A stretch of DNA of 64,000 bases from assembly GCA_965287045.1 (NCBI GenBank), contig OZ336886.1, positions 28,396,001 through 28,460,000 of the forward strand, written 5' to 3'. This document shows positions 1-12,654 of this stretch, piece after piece; within the stretch, counting starts at the first letter, position 1, and the number at the start of each line of letters is the position of its first letter. The position numbers were made by a program, and so were the translations under genes. The notes beneath the pieces were generated by a model. That model saw nothing but the letters and a program-made list of their open reading frames with translations, did no database searches and was not told the DNA's origin. This DNA comes from Carcharhinus amblyrhynchos. Its lineage: Eukaryota.

Positions 1-129
1 AGCTGTCAACAGTACTATACCTACATGAAAAGGAATCCAGACATGTGAGTGATAGCAGGAAGGGAGGGTGGGGGAGTAGCCATCCAACTTCAAGGGCCCA
101 CCTGCCAGTCTTACATTGGTTATAAGTGA

Positions 130-812
130 CATGGTTAAGTTAAGTGAGTGGGCACCGATCTGGCAAAGGGTGTACAATGTTAGAAAATGTGAAATTGTCT
201 ACTATAGGGGCAAAAATAAGAACAAAGCTTTTTATCTACATGGTAAGAAATTGCAGATGTAGAGAGATCTGGGTCTCCCAGTGCGTGAATCACAAAAGGC
301 TAGTATGTAGGTACAGCAAATAATTAGGAAAGATAATAGAACATTAACAGTTAGTGTGAAGGGAATTGATTACAAGAGCAGGGACGTTGTGCTTTGGCTG
401 TACAAGACATTGGTGAGACCACATCTGGAGACTTTGTATAGTATTGGTCTCCTTATTTAAGAAAATATGTAAATACATTAAAAACAGTTCAGGGAAGCCT
501 TACCAAACTAAAACCACGAATGGGCAGGTTGTCTTATGAGGAAATGTTGAACACTTTAGGCTTGAATCCACTGGAGCTCAGAAGAGTAAGGGACAACTTG
601 ATTGAAACCTTTAAGATCCTGAGGGGTCTTGACAGAGTGGATGTGGAGAGGGTATGGGGGGATTGTAGGAGGATCTAGAACTAGAGGTCACTGGTTAAAA
701 ATAAGGCTGTCACCGATTTACAATCAGATCAGCCATGGTCTTATTGAATGGCAGAGTAGGCTTGAGGGGCCGATTGGCCTACCCCTGCTCCTAATTTGTG
801 TCTTTGTTCGTA
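130..812 (+). mobile_element. CR1 LINE 3' fragment (decayed RT C-terminus and 3' UTR)
   Basis: Decayed ORF2 motifs (LSEWA..WQ..YNV.KCE; LVRPHLE; LIETFKIL.GLDRVD) followed by the CR1 3' UTR gatcagccatggtcttattgaatggcagag...ggcctacccctgctcct. Confidence 0.9.
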
Positions 813-1729
813 CGGTTGATGAACCTGCCCTGGAGCCATTAATTGGCTGCCCCAGGAAATTCCACAAATGAGAGATTGTTTCCTTTTACTCCTACTGTCT
901 TTTCCTGGCAGGTATTTGACATTCCAACTCCGTGAGATTGTGTTCTAAATACATGAACAGCAGACTAGGAGCCAAAGATCTTAGGGCTCTTTTTTTTGTT
1001 GTCATGGTTGCTTTCATGCAGCTAGGAATCATGCAGAAACATGCAACAACATTTATCTCCATGTGGGCTTAACATGCCAGTCATAAAGTCATGAGATCTC
1101 ACACATCAAAATGCAATAAGGAAATCTGTGTGAACCTGCCTCCAACAAATGGCCATGAAATCTGCCCCACCCAACTCCCCACTATTTAGTGGGGGCACTG
1201 GATTGAACCAAGCTATGATACTAAATTTGACTGTCTGTCTGCTGCCCGTTGGTGGAGCTGCTATCATGTTACATGAGCAACCGTCAATTTAAAACCACTA
1301 CTCAACACGATCGCAAACAAGTAATATGATTATAATCTTGTTAAAATTATGAGTGGTTCTCATCGAGGAATTGCCTTACAAGGGGAAATACCATTGGGAT
1401 CTCACTGTTAGTGAAAGATAAAGACAAAGATGTCTGCCAGGGACAGACTATTGTTAACAATCAGGGATATCATTTTTAAAAAACCCTTCAGAATTTACAA
1501 TTATTGTGCCATTAGCATTTCGTCTTGTTTGACACAGAAAAGGGTGACAACTTTCTCAGTGCTATTAGACGTTTACTATAAATGATAGAATCACAGATAC
1601 GATTTACGTTGTGATACTTCCTGTTTTCCTTCTGTGCAGCTACTTCAAGAGAACAGTTCAGTTAGAATCCTAACAGCAGTTTCATATTGACTTTAAACAC
1701 ATTTCTAGTGGAGAAAGAAACCTGGAGTT

Positions 1730-2250
1730 TGGTAGCATGGTGGTTATGTTATTAGACTAGTAATCTAAGGACTGAGCTAATAACCTGAAGACTTTGCATT
1801 CAAATCCCACAGGGGAATTTCAATTTCATTGCTAAAAAAATTTAGAACAGAAAGCAAGTATCAGTAATAGTGACCATGTAAGTATTGGATTCCTGTACCA
1901 ATCCATCTGGTTCATTGATGTCCTTTGGAAAAGAGAATCTGCCATCGTTTTCTATGTGACTGATACATAATGTTTAGATGTGCTCTTAAGCTGATTGATG
2001 TAACAAATTGTCCCTAACTTATTCTCCCCTGAATCTGGTTTCCAATGGGGGTACCATACGCATACGCACAGGTCAAGGTAAGTGTAGGAAAGTGCTTTGT
2101 TAAGATGGCGGCGTGGGCTCGTTGGGCCGAAGGGCCTGTTTCCCGTGCAGTGTTGTTCTTTGTTCTTTATAATGGGGTAACTACTCTCTGAAATGGTCTA
2201 GCAAGCCAAAGAGCTAAGGATAGGACGGGATGGGCAATAAATGCTGGCAA
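1730..2250 (+). mobile_element. tRNA-derived SINE, family B, interrupted at about 2000-2170 by a V-SINE end/CR1-type tail
   Basis: Head gtagcatggtggttatgttattagactagtaat...ttcaaatcccac matches the copies at 55045 and 39290 (reverse strand). The tail gggatgggcaataaatgctggc resumes at about 2228. Confidence 0.7.
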
Positions 2251-2264
2251 CAAGTCCCTCTATT

Positions 2265-2563
2265 ATGCTTCCTGAAGCTGATGATGAACTACTTCATTTT
2301 GTTGACATTGAGGGAGAGATTATTGTCATTGCACCAGTTCACCAGATTCTTTATCCCTTTCCTGTACTCTGTTCCATCATTACTTGAGATCCAATCCACT
2401 ACAATGATGTCATCAGCAACCTTGAAAATTGAGTTGGAAGGGAATTTGACCACACAGTCATAGGCAAATAAGGAGTGTAGTAGGGCTGAGGATGCAGCCT
2501 TGTGGGGCGCGGTGTTGAGGATGATCGTGGAGGAGGTGTTGTAGCCTATCCTTACTGATTGTG
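2265..2563 (-). mobile_element. Rex1/Babar-like LINE reverse-transcriptase fragment
   Basis: ORF 2289-2582 reads YDCVVKFPSNSIFKVADDIIVVDWISSNDGTEYRKGIKNLVNWCNDNNLSLNVNKMK, a decayed FADD motif in Rex1-type context. Confidence 0.8.
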
Positions 2564-2825
2564 CTCCAAGAAACAATAGCAAGCCAGATTTCTAATTTTG
2601 TGTTTTTAAAGAGATAGACACAACTCAATAGCCTCATTTTGAAAAGCTACATAGTGGAAGGCAGGAATTAGCCTTGGAGGGTGAAGGCTATAGTGAAGGG
2701 GGAAAAATTACATCAACTCTGTCATCCCATCATAGAAGGGGAGTCACAGGTTAACAATTGATGCCATCCATCAGTGGCCAAACAGATTCCATTCTTCACA
2801 ATGAACAACCAAAAGCTCATGGTTA

Positions 2826-3161
2826 TCATAGAATTCCTACAATGCAGAAAGAGGCCATCTGGCCATTGAGTCTGCACTGACCACAATCCCACCCAGGCCC
2901 TATCCCCATATCCCTCCATATTTTACCACTAATCCTCTAATCTACACATCTCAGGACACTAAGGGATAATTTTAGCATAACAATCAACCTAACCCACACA
3001 TCTTTGGATTGTGGGAGAAAACCAGAGCACTCAGAGGAAACCCACGCAGACATGAGGAGAATGTGGAAACTCCACACAGACAGTGACCCAAGTCGGGAAT
3101 CGAACCCAGGTCCCTGGGAGCTGTGAAGCAGCAGTGCTAACCACTGTGCTACTGTGCCACC
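2826..3161 (-). mobile_element. HE1-type V-SINE, full length
   Basis: tRNA head ggcacagtagcacagtggttagcactgctgc, V-domain tgtctgtgtggagttt...gggtttcctc...cccacaatccaaagatgtg, and CR1-like tail ending ttctatga. Confidence 0.92.
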
Positions 3162-3344
3162 CTTGATAAGTCTAGATAATTGACCTGGACCCTGTTCACT
3201 GTTGCAGTACCAACAAGTGAGTATGCATCCCAAGAAGGAACCCCAGAGTTCTACTTAGCAGTCCTCCCATACGTTATATCAAGTCAATGAGTGTAGTTCA
3301 GAGCCACATTGATTCAATGATGTAAATCACAAGTTCTCACCCTC

Positions 3345-3600
3345 CACAGGGCTCCAGATGAATATCTGTGGAATGGACCAACTAGGTGGCTGTCTGCGAT
3401 ATACCTGGAGAGAATTTGCTGCATTATTGCAGTTTGCTGCTCTTTACAATCTGGCCAAGCTGAGAGGTGAGGCCCTGTCAGAGAGTGACCTGCAGATCGA
3501 ACTGAGGAGGTGCAGGAAGTCTAGGGGATGCTGAGGCCAATAAGAGTGCCCTGGAAGAGGGGAACTGTGGGACGCATCCCCATGATACCCTCACAGACGA
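3345..3600 (+). pseudogene. PIF/Harbinger (HARBI1-like) transposase C-terminal relic
   Basis: Manual translation with frameshifts: MDQLGGCLRYT-ERICCIIAVCCSL-NLAKLRGE. This resembles the LDRSGG.LQY.P.RV..I..VCC.LHN region of Harbinger DDE transposases. Confidence 0.7.
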
Positions 3601-4559
3601 AAGATTCCAAGAGGAGTAAAACAACATCCACCAACGAGAGCCCAGTAACAAGTTGCACTGAGGCTGACATCACCTGAATGTTAATCTTAAATGGGGGCGT
3701 TCTGAATGTGAGGAAGGCTGAACCTCAGGATAAGAGGATTGCAAAGATCTAAATCAAAATCTGAGCTAAACGTTCACAGACACACGGGATAGTTTTTAAA
3801 AAGTGATAGAGCATTTGTGATCCTGAGGTGACATCAAAACTTGATAACTTTCTGTTAAGTATTGTAAACCATCACTGTGCAGTGTGTCACATGATTGTGT
3901 GGTGACATCATCAGAGGCATTTGGGAGATTTTCCCTCTATTCCATCCTGGACTGTAAACCCGCAACACCGATCGAATAAAGCTCCAAAAACTGTGTGGTA
4001 ACCTTTTCACTCTTCCAACTTTGCTGTTAAAGTAACTGTCCACTTTCATATATAACACTTTGCTAACCCTACCACAATGCCTTGCTGCAGGCCTGACATT
4101 CACAGCAGGAACACTGGCAGCTGCTAACTGCTGCGTCCTGATGCCTGTGATGAACTTGGATGATGTCCTCTGGTGGTTTGAGCCCTGGAGGTCTCCAGCC
4201 TCATAAGGGGCAGAAACACCCTCTGCGGCTTGCACAGCTGGAGTTGGTGTGGGCACTGAAATAGCTTCAGCTCATCCACTGAAGTCCTTTTCTATTTTTC
4301 ATGTAGCAGCAGACAGTAGCCAGCTCACCAGTCCATCAACTCCCCAACACCCCGGAGCACACTTGAGGATAAGAGGGCTCAGAATGAAATGTCACAGCAC
4401 TTGCCCGTACTCTCCACCATCGCAGACTCTCACACACAGACAGATGTAGCATTTCAACATACTGGTAAAATAGTGTGTTCCAAAATCATAGGCAAGGTCA
4501 GTTCTGTCTGAGAGGAATCTGGTAGAGTGTAGTTCAAGGTTAGACTCAGGGTCATTTTC

Positions 4560-5661
4560 TGGGGAACACCTCACAGACCTGTGCCAGCAACAGTCGGAGA
4601 CAAGGACAGCCCAGGTATCTGGCATTTGGAAGGCTGCACATCCTTGGAGTGTCCTGAGTGGAGGCTCTCGGACTGTCCAGCTGCCACCTCTCTTACTCGT
4701 GCAGAAGTGCCAGAGGTCCCCGGCTTGACTCTTGGAGGAGATGGAGGACCTGCAGGATGGTCAAGGTGCTTTACCCCCATGTGTTCTACATCTTAATGGT
4801 GTCCACTGGAGTGTGTGGCCACTGAGTGCAGGGCTGAGTGCAAATCCAGCAGGACCTACTGGTCTGAGGCCTCCATGGTAGACGCCAAACATCCCATAGT
4901 GGTCTCAAGGCACTTGCATGTCTGAGACACTTTTAGTAGATGAACCGAAGCTACTTCTGAGTATGTGGCATTCAGAGTGAATTGCAGGATTGGGTGAAGT
5001 AATGGAGCTGAGACCGGTACAAGAATATTGCGAGAGGCCGAGCTCTGCTTCACCACAGGAGTGATTCCTGTCCTCGTCAGTGAGCCCTGCTGTAGCCTCC
5101 ACCAAGGTGAGTATCTCTGCCGTCCCTCCCAGGGTCTAGGCTCACTCTTACTTGCTGTTTGGCCTGTGTGGAGACTAAAGAAAGAGATATGATCAGCAGG
5201 GATGGAGCAGAGGTTGGGTGAAATGCATGTCCCCTGTGTGTTGTGAACACAACCCAGTGGGGACAGAGTTTGAGCAACAAGACAGATGGGATGTTGGTGT
5301 TGAGAAGGTCTTGTTGAGAGAGTGAGTGTTGACATTTGTCCCCCCGTGACTGGATGCATGAGACCAGGGACGAGAGTAGCTGTTTGAGCACATGATGCCA
5401 TACTGAGAGTTTGACAGGGGAGGGAGCTGAGAGAGGACTTACCCTGGCAGATAATGGATGAGATAATTCATCCACTTCCTGCACTGGATGGCACTGCACT
5501 GACCACCTTGATGATAAGCTCCCAGGCAAAAGAGATGGGCTTGGTGTGCTTCCTCCAGCCATCCCTGAGGTAGGAACATGGCGGGAGGCATGGACTCCCC
5601 ACATAAGGACAACAAGAGCCTTGGCCTGTAAAACTCCTGCTGTCTTCTTAAGGCTATTCAC
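4560..5661 (-). pseudogene. Harbinger Myb/SANT accessory gene relic (spliced)
   Basis: Exon 1 ends SAIQCRKWMNYLI...CCAGG|gtaagt (donor at 5437-5442). Acceptor ctccacacag| at 5163. Exon 2 contains EDRNHSCGEAELG, homologous to the 24.2-24.9 kb copy. Confidence 0.75.
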
Positions 5662-6825
5662 CTTTTCTGGGTTGCTGACATGCTACTTAGTCTGGTAAGG
5701 ACAGGTGGGCGGGAGAGGGTGATATGAAAGTGCTGACCCGATGCCTAAACATGGTGCTCTGACCTTTAAACCTACCAGGGCAGACAAATGAATTAACTAC
5801 CAGCCCACCAGGGGATTGGACAGAAACCCGCCTGTGTTTAATTCATGAGGCACCAAATGTGGAATTTGGTGTAGGATCCTGCCATTCTGGCCAGCGAGAA
5901 AGATGCTGCCAGAGTCACTATCACCTCAAAAATGGAAGTGTCAAGAGATAGGGGGTTGAATCAGAAACTGGGCATCGGGGGATCAGAGGCAGGGGGGATT
6001 AGATAAGGGAATTAGAGTCCAGGTGATGGGGAGGTTGGGGGATTAGACTCCGAGTTGAGGGAGGGGTGTGGGAGGGAGAGGTAATTCACAGTTAATAAAT
6101 GCGTGCCTCTCCCAGCTCAGGTCAGCCATTTTCAAAACTTAAACTATTTTGGCAACAAGTGACTGGGTTTAACTCAAGGCAGACAGCCCTTGCACTGAGG
6201 GCCTCAAACTGGTTTGCAGTGGAAAGAAATTAATATCTGCATCACATTAGGGTATTATTTGACAATTCTTTCCTCTTTGTCATGACATGGGGAATGAAAA
6301 TACAACTACACTTCCTACGCATCTTACTGGGGACTTATTCTGCTGGTGAGAAACAAACATTCAGCCAAATTTATATGTCACTGTGTTCCAGCAGTTGAGT
6401 GTGCAAAACCAGTTTCAACACTGTAATGAGGTAAAGCAATGGTGACATAGACCAACCTGCACAAATAATTCTACGTACAAGCACTGAACTGAGCTATCAT
6501 CAGATAATACTGAACTTGGTTGTGGTGGTATCGTAAGCATGATGCTGAATAGGCAGTTCCTGTCATCCTGATAGAGTTCTAAAGTCATTTTCTCCTTCAT
6601 GAACCAGCCTCAACATTGGGGAACTAATTGGCAAGTACTGCAAGTTCAACCCATTCGACAGAAGTGCTTGTGGTTGGAACTGTCCAGTGGCTCTGTAGCA
6701 GGGGGAATAGAGAGTAGGCATGATGGCCCACAGGCCTTGGGCTTAGGCCTCAGTGGGAGATCCATCTGACATCAGGAAGATCCCAATGTGTCTCTTAATT
6801 AACTTGGGGTTGCTAATTCTAATTT

Positions 6826-7621
6826 GGGGTTGCCAACTCTGGTTGGACTTATTTCTGGAAGTTTGATCACTTGAGTTCAGTGAGATTGCTTATTATAGAA
6901 TTCATACTTTGCCGAAAGAGGCTATTCAGCCCAGCACGCCTACACCAACAACAATCCCACTCAGGCCCTATCTCCATAACCCCATGTATTTACCCTGCTA
7001 AACCCCATGACACTAAGGGGCAATTTAGCATGGCCAATAACCTAACCCGCAGATCTTTGAACTGTGGGTGGAAACAGGAGCACCTGGAGGAAACCCACGC
7101 AGACACAGGGAGAACTTGCAAACTCCATGTAGACAGTGATCCGAGGCTGGAATGAAAGCCGGGCCTGTGGAGCTGTGAAGCAGGGTGCTAACTGTTCTGC
7201 CATCGTGCCAGTTTTAATTGCCCATGTCAGGCAACAAAGGCGATTGTAGCAAAGCTCAAAGAGCATCAGCTCACTGGAGGCAAAATCGTGAGACCAGCCA
7301 GTCCAGAAGAAAGAAACTCTCCCCATTGATCAGATTTGAGAATGAACAAAATAGCACATTTTCCACCTCCTCCATGTAACTAAGGGAATTTTGCAATAGC
7401 TTCATTGCAGTGTTAATGTAAGTCTTAATTGTGGCTAATAAATAAACTTTACTTTTTAACTAATAAACAAAACAAAAAACGTTCAAAGAAAATAGAATAA
7501 AAAATCAATTATATTGAGTGCACCTATGATTCGCTTCTGGGGTTTTGAGTCCCAGCCATGGTCTGGAGATCAATCTTCAATGGTTGGAGACTCCTGGGCA
7601 ACCCTGGAAGGTTTGCAACAC
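6826..7621. mobile_element. Putative non-autonomous hAT-like DNA element with nested SINEs
   Basis: Ends ggggttgccaactctgg and cctggaaggtttgcaacac form imperfect GGGTTGCCA-type inverted termini. No TSD confirmed. Confidence 0.45.
6893..7210 (-). mobile_element. HE1-type V-SINE
   Basis: V-domain and tRNA head as in the 2826-3161 copy. Confidence 0.9.
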
Positions 7622-8001
7622 AAGATTGGCTACACGCTGCGGTGGGTAGGTGCTGCCAGTTTGACTCCACCGCTGGCAATACCACTATGGGGGGTGTTAT
7701 GGTGGCCACGAAGACCACCTGGTATCATCGATAGATCTCCCCATGGGCTTTGCGGAGTACGAGCTGCCATATTGAGTGAGTAGAGGCTCGCCCGATAGGA
7801 ACCAGGCAGTGGGGGTTTTAAAGATTGTAACTCTCCCTGGACCGTTATTGTGGGTCCTGAGCTGAAGGCTACCTGACTGTAAACCGCATGCGCAGCCCTT
7901 TCCTTTGGCGTACAGTAAAGGGTGTTGATGACAGGAAACTGGCATTTGGCTGAATTACTACAGGGAGCCACATCTGAGCATTATTCTCTAATGTTGCTCC
8001 T

Positions 8002-8170
8002 TGGCACAGTGGTTAGCACTGCTGCCTCATAACTCCAGGGACCTGGGTGCGATTCCCGGCTTGGGCCACTGTCTGTGTGGAGTGTGTACATTCTCTCCGT
8101 ACCCGTGTGTGTTTCCTCCAGGTGCTTCAGTTTCCTCCCACATGCTGGTTAGGTAAATTGGCCATGGTAA
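8002..8170 (+). mobile_element. V-SINE 5' part
   Basis: tggcacagtggttagcactgctgcctca...tgtctgtgtggagtgtg...tttcctcccaca. Confidence 0.88.
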
Positions 8171-8933
8171 TTCCACAGTAAATTGTCCAGTTTCCAAACC
8201 TGATAAGATCCCACCCGATGCTACTGGTTCCAAAACTGATTGACTTTATTTTAATCGCTAATCATCTGCAAGATTCACCTCCTGTTTTGTAAACTGTGGC
8301 TTCTGCTTAGGTCATTTGGACACTGAGTATTTGCTCTTTAAGAGAAAAACAAGATTCAAAACCTTGATTTCTGGACCTGATTAATTATAAGTCTTACTGA
8401 TTTGTTAATTTAAGTTGATGACAAATGATTGTGCAGAAACATTTAGCAAACAAACTTTTGGTGTGGCCAAACTATGACTAATAGATAAAGAATGAAGCAA
8501 TATTTATTGAAATAGAGCTAAAGGCACCAGTACTTCAGCCAAGCAGCTGGGAATCTGATTTCGGGAACAAAATGCGTGAGAAAGAAGTTCAAAATTAGGT
8601 TTTTTTTTCAATGAACTGCAAGTAACAAGAGTGCATTTTGTGAGACCCCATTTGTAACCTTATAAGAATGACTATGTATCACATCAGACAATGAATAAAT
8701 ATTTATATGTAGTAAAGAATGGTGACAAATTTGTTTTCCCTTTGTTGTCCAGACTCCAAACTGACTAATGGGCACTGAAGGAAGGTATTAGTGAGGGAGA
8801 TTGACTGATGGAATGTATTCCAATGAGGAATTATCGGCCAACAAAGGAAAGTGGACTCCAAAACTATGAAATTCGGGAAATATTTCAATGTGTTAACTCA
8901 ATTGCAGAAATTAGTGTATCTTCTCTTTATAAT

Positions 8934-9148
8934 CTGTGTGGAGTTTGTACATTTTCTCTGTGTCTCCGCGGGTTTCCTCTTGGTGCTCCGGTTTCATCCC
9001 ACAGTCCAAAGATGTGTGGATTAGGTTGATTGGCCAGACTAAATTGTCCCTTAGTGTCAGGGGAATAGGGCCTGGGTGTGATTGCGGTCGGTGCAGACTC
9101 GATGGATCGAGTGGCCTCCTTTTGCATTGTAAGGATTCTATGATTCTA
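8934..9148 (+). mobile_element. HE1-type V-SINE, 5'-truncated
   Basis: V-domain through to tail ggattctatgattctat. Confidence 0.9.
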
Positions 9149-9249
9149 TAATGTTAAGTAAGCGTTGTAAGCCTAGCTTTTCCCTGATTCTTTTATTATA
9201 TTCAAATGCACCACTGCCCACGTTTCTCCGCATTCTACCAACATAACAC

Positions 9250-9410
9250 TATGAAGTGTAGGAACAGAAGTAGGCCACTCGACCACTTAAGAAATCATGA
9301 CTGATCTGATATGATGATCCTTAAATCCACTTTGCCATAGTTTCCCCAGATCCCTTGATTCCCTTATTGTTTACAAATCTATCTCAACCTTAAACATATT
9401 TAACAACCCA
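9250..9410 (-). mobile_element. CR1 3' UTR fragment
   Basis: ggaacagaagtaggcc...atcatgactgatctg...cccttgattccctta...ctatctcaaccttaaacatatt. Confidence 0.7.
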
Positions 9411-11056
9411 AACTGCCTAAGTCTGAAAATGGTGGACAGGAGAAAAAGAACAGCTGAGTTTGCTCCGTGTGGCCACAATACAAATAAGCATCATGAGGCT
9501 CAGCCTCTACTTAACCCCAAGTCAGAAGCTGTTAAGTTCCGAGAAATGCAAAGGCAAAAACAAACGATAAAAGAAAACCCCAAGACCACTTGATGGGGAG
9601 AAAAGATCTGGAAAAACTGCAGACAATTAAAATGTTTTCCAGGAAAGCAAAGTGATGATGATACATACACCCAATGCTAGATGCTGTGGGTACTGAAATT
9701 CAACCCCGCCTTACAACATTATGACTGGATAGCATTTCAACTAACTTTTAAAAATAAGTATAAATCTTCTTTGAAAAGGTGGTTTGTCACAAAATAAATG
9801 AACTGATGATGCAAACAGCCCACTCATTTCTATGGGCTTCTGAGTTATGTGGCATGATGCCATTAAGTGGTTTACTTTCCAGTAAGACACCACTTCCTGC
9901 TGTGTTTTCTGCACATGACTGTGTTGGAATCTTGCTGACAGTTCAGATGCATTTATAGTTGCTCTGTCAGTACCTCGCTCCTAGAAGCTCATTAAAAAAA
10001 AACTTGATCTTGTAAATGAAGCACTTTTCCTGATCTTTGTTTCACGCTGCTATCACAGGATTGTTATTTTGAATAAATGATCTACCATTAAGACAATGAC
10101 ATTGGGTCGAGCAATGCTGTCAATTCTCAGTTGGATCCACCAAGCTAGACAAATTTCATTGCGTCCCCTCTGTTACAATCAGCCACTATCAGGGTATTCC
10201 ACAGTTTTGTATGTAATTGGGCAGCCATTTAATAAATTGGTCTTTTTCTTTTCACCAACGTTGTCCTTAATATCAAAAGCTTAATCAAGGTAGTGAACAA
10301 CAAAATGTGAGGAAATATTTCCACTACACAGGTCTCAGACCTTGTTAAAATGATTGTACTTTGGCAGCAGACGATGTGTTGGTAATGGCAGATGTCAGAA
10401 GTAAAGGAATTGTTAAATTGTTGCCGGACGTCGTATTTTCTTACTGATACATCCATGCCATAATGGATTCAAGGGCTATTGCACAAAGGCAAACTAATTT
10501 GAAGTCCAAATAAATAATACTCAGGCCACACATAAGCTGAATGTAAAACATAATTGCTGCTAAATTTATACAGGATATTATTTATGCTGTAAGAATCTCA
10601 AACTGTAGTTCAGAATTCCATCAGCGAGACAATGTTACCTGATAGTTTTGGGAGCCTATTATCCTGTTACTTTCTCATGGCAATGATTTAGCCGGAATCA
10701 AGTTGCCAACCTATCAGCTTCCTTTTTCTTCTGTAGCATAAATTGTTGTGTTTGTTAGAAGTTTGGTGGTCTTGCATTTGTTCTGCTGAGTGCAAGACTA
10801 AAAGCTTTGGTAATGTGTCTCCCTTTTCCACAGTATTTGAGTTCTGTATATTAAGCAACTGGTTATTACCTATCCGTATATTTTTTCTACACTATTCTTT
10901 TGCAAACTTGCTGTTTTAACTTTTAATTGAAATAATGGCACACGGATGAATGTTATGCGGACCTCTTGATATTTTCGGCTAATATTCCCAACTGTAATTT
11001 GAGAATATTAGCAGTAACTTTGTTATATTTTTGATTGCTAATAGTTGCATCATTAG

Positions 11057-11171
11057 CGGGGGGAGTTTTCCTGCCCTGAATTGTAGCGGGCAGGGTGGGG
11101 GGGGCGAACCATGCAAAAGTCTGCTGTCCTCAGGCCGGATTTTCTGGTTTTGGGGCCAGAAAATCCCAACC
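11057..11171. mobile_element. Harbinger-type MITE
   Basis: Ends ggggggagttttcc and agaaaatcccaacc; interior resembles the 31164-31290 element. Confidence 0.5.
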
Positions 11172-11919
11172 AAAAGTTCTGCGGTGATTGTGCATTTTAT
11201 TTTTACAGTGCTGGGAAACATTAACAGCCACTTCCAGACAACCTCCCAAAGTGAGCCAGATGTATTCATCATTCCTTATTCATCTTGGGACAGTGGTCTC
11301 TCATTTACAGAAATTGTTTCAACGTATGTCGTGAGAGCAACGTTGCAAAAGTCACGGAAATGAAGTCAGACTTCACTGACTGAAATGGGTAAATAAACCA
11401 ACCTCATCCAAAGTTCAGCAGCAACAGGGAAAAAAAAAATCAAAGAAAATTCTTTCAAAAGGCCCCTTAAATTATTAACTTTGAGACAGATTTTGTTGAA
11501 AAAATAATGGCATGTGAATGCCACTTGCCAGGATTAATGCACAAATCATGGTCTGAGGTTGTCACATGCACAGTTCAGGAGTTTTACTCTGTTATTGAGA
11601 GTGACAGCGTGGGCAAACAAATCAAATTCAACAGTGAACAGGGTGCTCTAACAATTCTTCCATGATGACAATGCAAAACATGGATCATTGAACTCCAGGT
11701 CTGCCAGCAATATTCCAGCCTAAGTGCAGTTGTCTCATCAACCACTGTAAAGTTCTGCTCCCAAAGGGGCCGGGTGTAGCATGCATCAGTGAGTTGCCAA
11801 GAATACTGAAATGATGATTAAAAAAGATACTTCTAATAGGAATCTGCTTCTGGCGCAGTGACAGGGTTCATTTAGTTGGGAGATCAACTGTTTCTGAAAG
11901 ACGAGGCGATTCTGAGGAG

Positions 11920-12214
11920 TTTAAGTTTGTTTATTAGTGTCACAAGTTGGCTTACATTAACACTGCAATGAAGTTACCATGAAAATCTGCTAGTCCCCAC
12001 TCTGGCACCTGTTCGGGTACATTGAGGGAGAAATTAGCATGGCCAATGCACCTAACCAGTATGTCTTTCGGACTGTGAAAGGAAACCAGAGCACTTGGAG
12101 TTAACCCACACAGACATGGGGTGAACATGCAGACTCTGCACAGAAAGCGACCCAAACCAGGAATTGAACCCGGGTCCCTGGCACTGTGAGAAGGTAGTGC
12201 TAACCATTGTGCCA
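11920..12214 (-). mobile_element. V-SINE with alternative 3' tail
   Basis: Same head and V-domain as HE1, but the tail reads ...gaacaggtgccagagtg...aacttcattgcagtgttaatgtaagcc...tgtgacactaataaacaaactt. Confidence 0.85.
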
Positions 12215-12654
12215 AAGAGTCTTTGGGTTCCAGGTTTGCAGTGCTCTTTGGTTGTTCCACTTGTTTCCTGGTGCTGCTTTCTTAACCTTTGGTGCCTTCC
12301 ACTTAACCACTTTTTTAAAATACCTGTACAATATTGACCATAAAGGTTCTTGGGCAGGATGGGTGCAGCAGAGTGACATCTTTGGATTTACGTCCATGAG
12401 TATTGATCAGGTGGGTATTATCGACCAACTTGTGGGTCGCATTGCGTTGGCAGGAGACACAATACATTTCAACCATGAATGGCGACATTAATAAACTAAA
12501 AAACCAATAAATCAGCTAATACTTATTGTGTGGTACCTATTTCCATGAAGAGTAAAAGCTTGAGCAGAAATGGCCTCTAAGCCATTGTTGTAATTTTCCT
12601 TGTGGCAAACCAGTCTACTGAATGCCATTGTCTCAAAGCATTTTGATTCCAGCG

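Noticed and set aside
8002-8065. tRNA genes at SINE heads (here and in other copies)
   Set aside because: A and B boxes are present, but the sequence continues into the SINE body without a complete cloverleaf.
8730-8910. Coding exon after the acceptor-like ttttccctttgttgtccag
   Set aside because: All three frames hit a stop within about 30 nt.
11190-11395. Coding exon between ttttacag and gg|gtaaat
   Set aside because: The open frame stops before the donor and the peptide is not recognisable.
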